Source: Nemertoderma westbladi
Lineage: Eukaryota; Animalia; Xenacoelomorpha
Length of the DNA stretch: 64,000 nucleotides
Direction of reading: 5' to 3'
NCBI GenBank assembly: GCA_032718475.1
Contig: JAUCBJ010007841.1
Location: 1 to 64,000 of the forward strand
Positions 63,740 through 64,000 of the stretch are shown piece after piece. Within the stretch, counting starts at the first letter, position 1. Each line of letters starts with the position of its first letter. The position numbers and the translations under genes were made by a program. The notes below the pieces were generated by a model. It ran no database searches and was not told where the DNA came from. It was given only the letters and a program-made list of their open reading frames with translations.

Positions 63740-64000
63740 TTACATACACCTTTCTGATATAAACGGTCTGGAAGTTTGTTCCCATAGACTTCAACTTTGG
63801 ACCTTTCTTTAGATACGATTCGATTCCGCTTTTCTTTGTCCCCTAGAGTGACAATAATTGGATTAGTCGTGAAACCACCAGGGTTCGCTGTACCAGTTTT
63901 TTTTAACCACACAACTCTATATCTTCGTCAGTGACATCTAATTTATTTAATAAATCTACAACTATCGCATTATCATCCACTGACCCGGATCCATCAGGTG
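63740..64000 (-). pseudogene. Possible LINE ORF1 fragment
   Basis: NPIIVTLGDKEKRNRIV resembles the RPIIV.L....R..IL motif of LINE ORF1 proteins; weak. Confidence 0.3.

Overview
AT-rich eukaryotic (metazoan, probably invertebrate) DNA dominated by transposable elements; most short ORFs in the track are spurious or antisense to TE genes. Host-like genes: a neuropeptide precursor with four SNW-x5-W peptides (28962-29258) and an intronless Pro/Gln-repeat plus four cold-shock-like-domain gene bracketed by inverted repeats (16544-18634). An apparently intact piggyBac lies at 34682-37345. The right third is a four-level nest: RTE LINE < young Bel/Pao LTR element (42297-62623) < Gypsy (44409-~51979) < non-autonomous TIR element with 8-bp TSD (49096-50966). 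Top observations: (1) the Bel/Pao element has no TGG-type tRNA PBS; the 11 nt after its 5' LTR are exactly complementary to a segment inside the LTR, suggesting self-priming; (2) the same element carries an accessory ORF with a DEDDy-like 3'-5' exonuclease and CCHC knuckles; (3) the nested Gypsy integrase ends in a PWWP-like domain. All domain calls are by-eye motif recognition; no searches were run.
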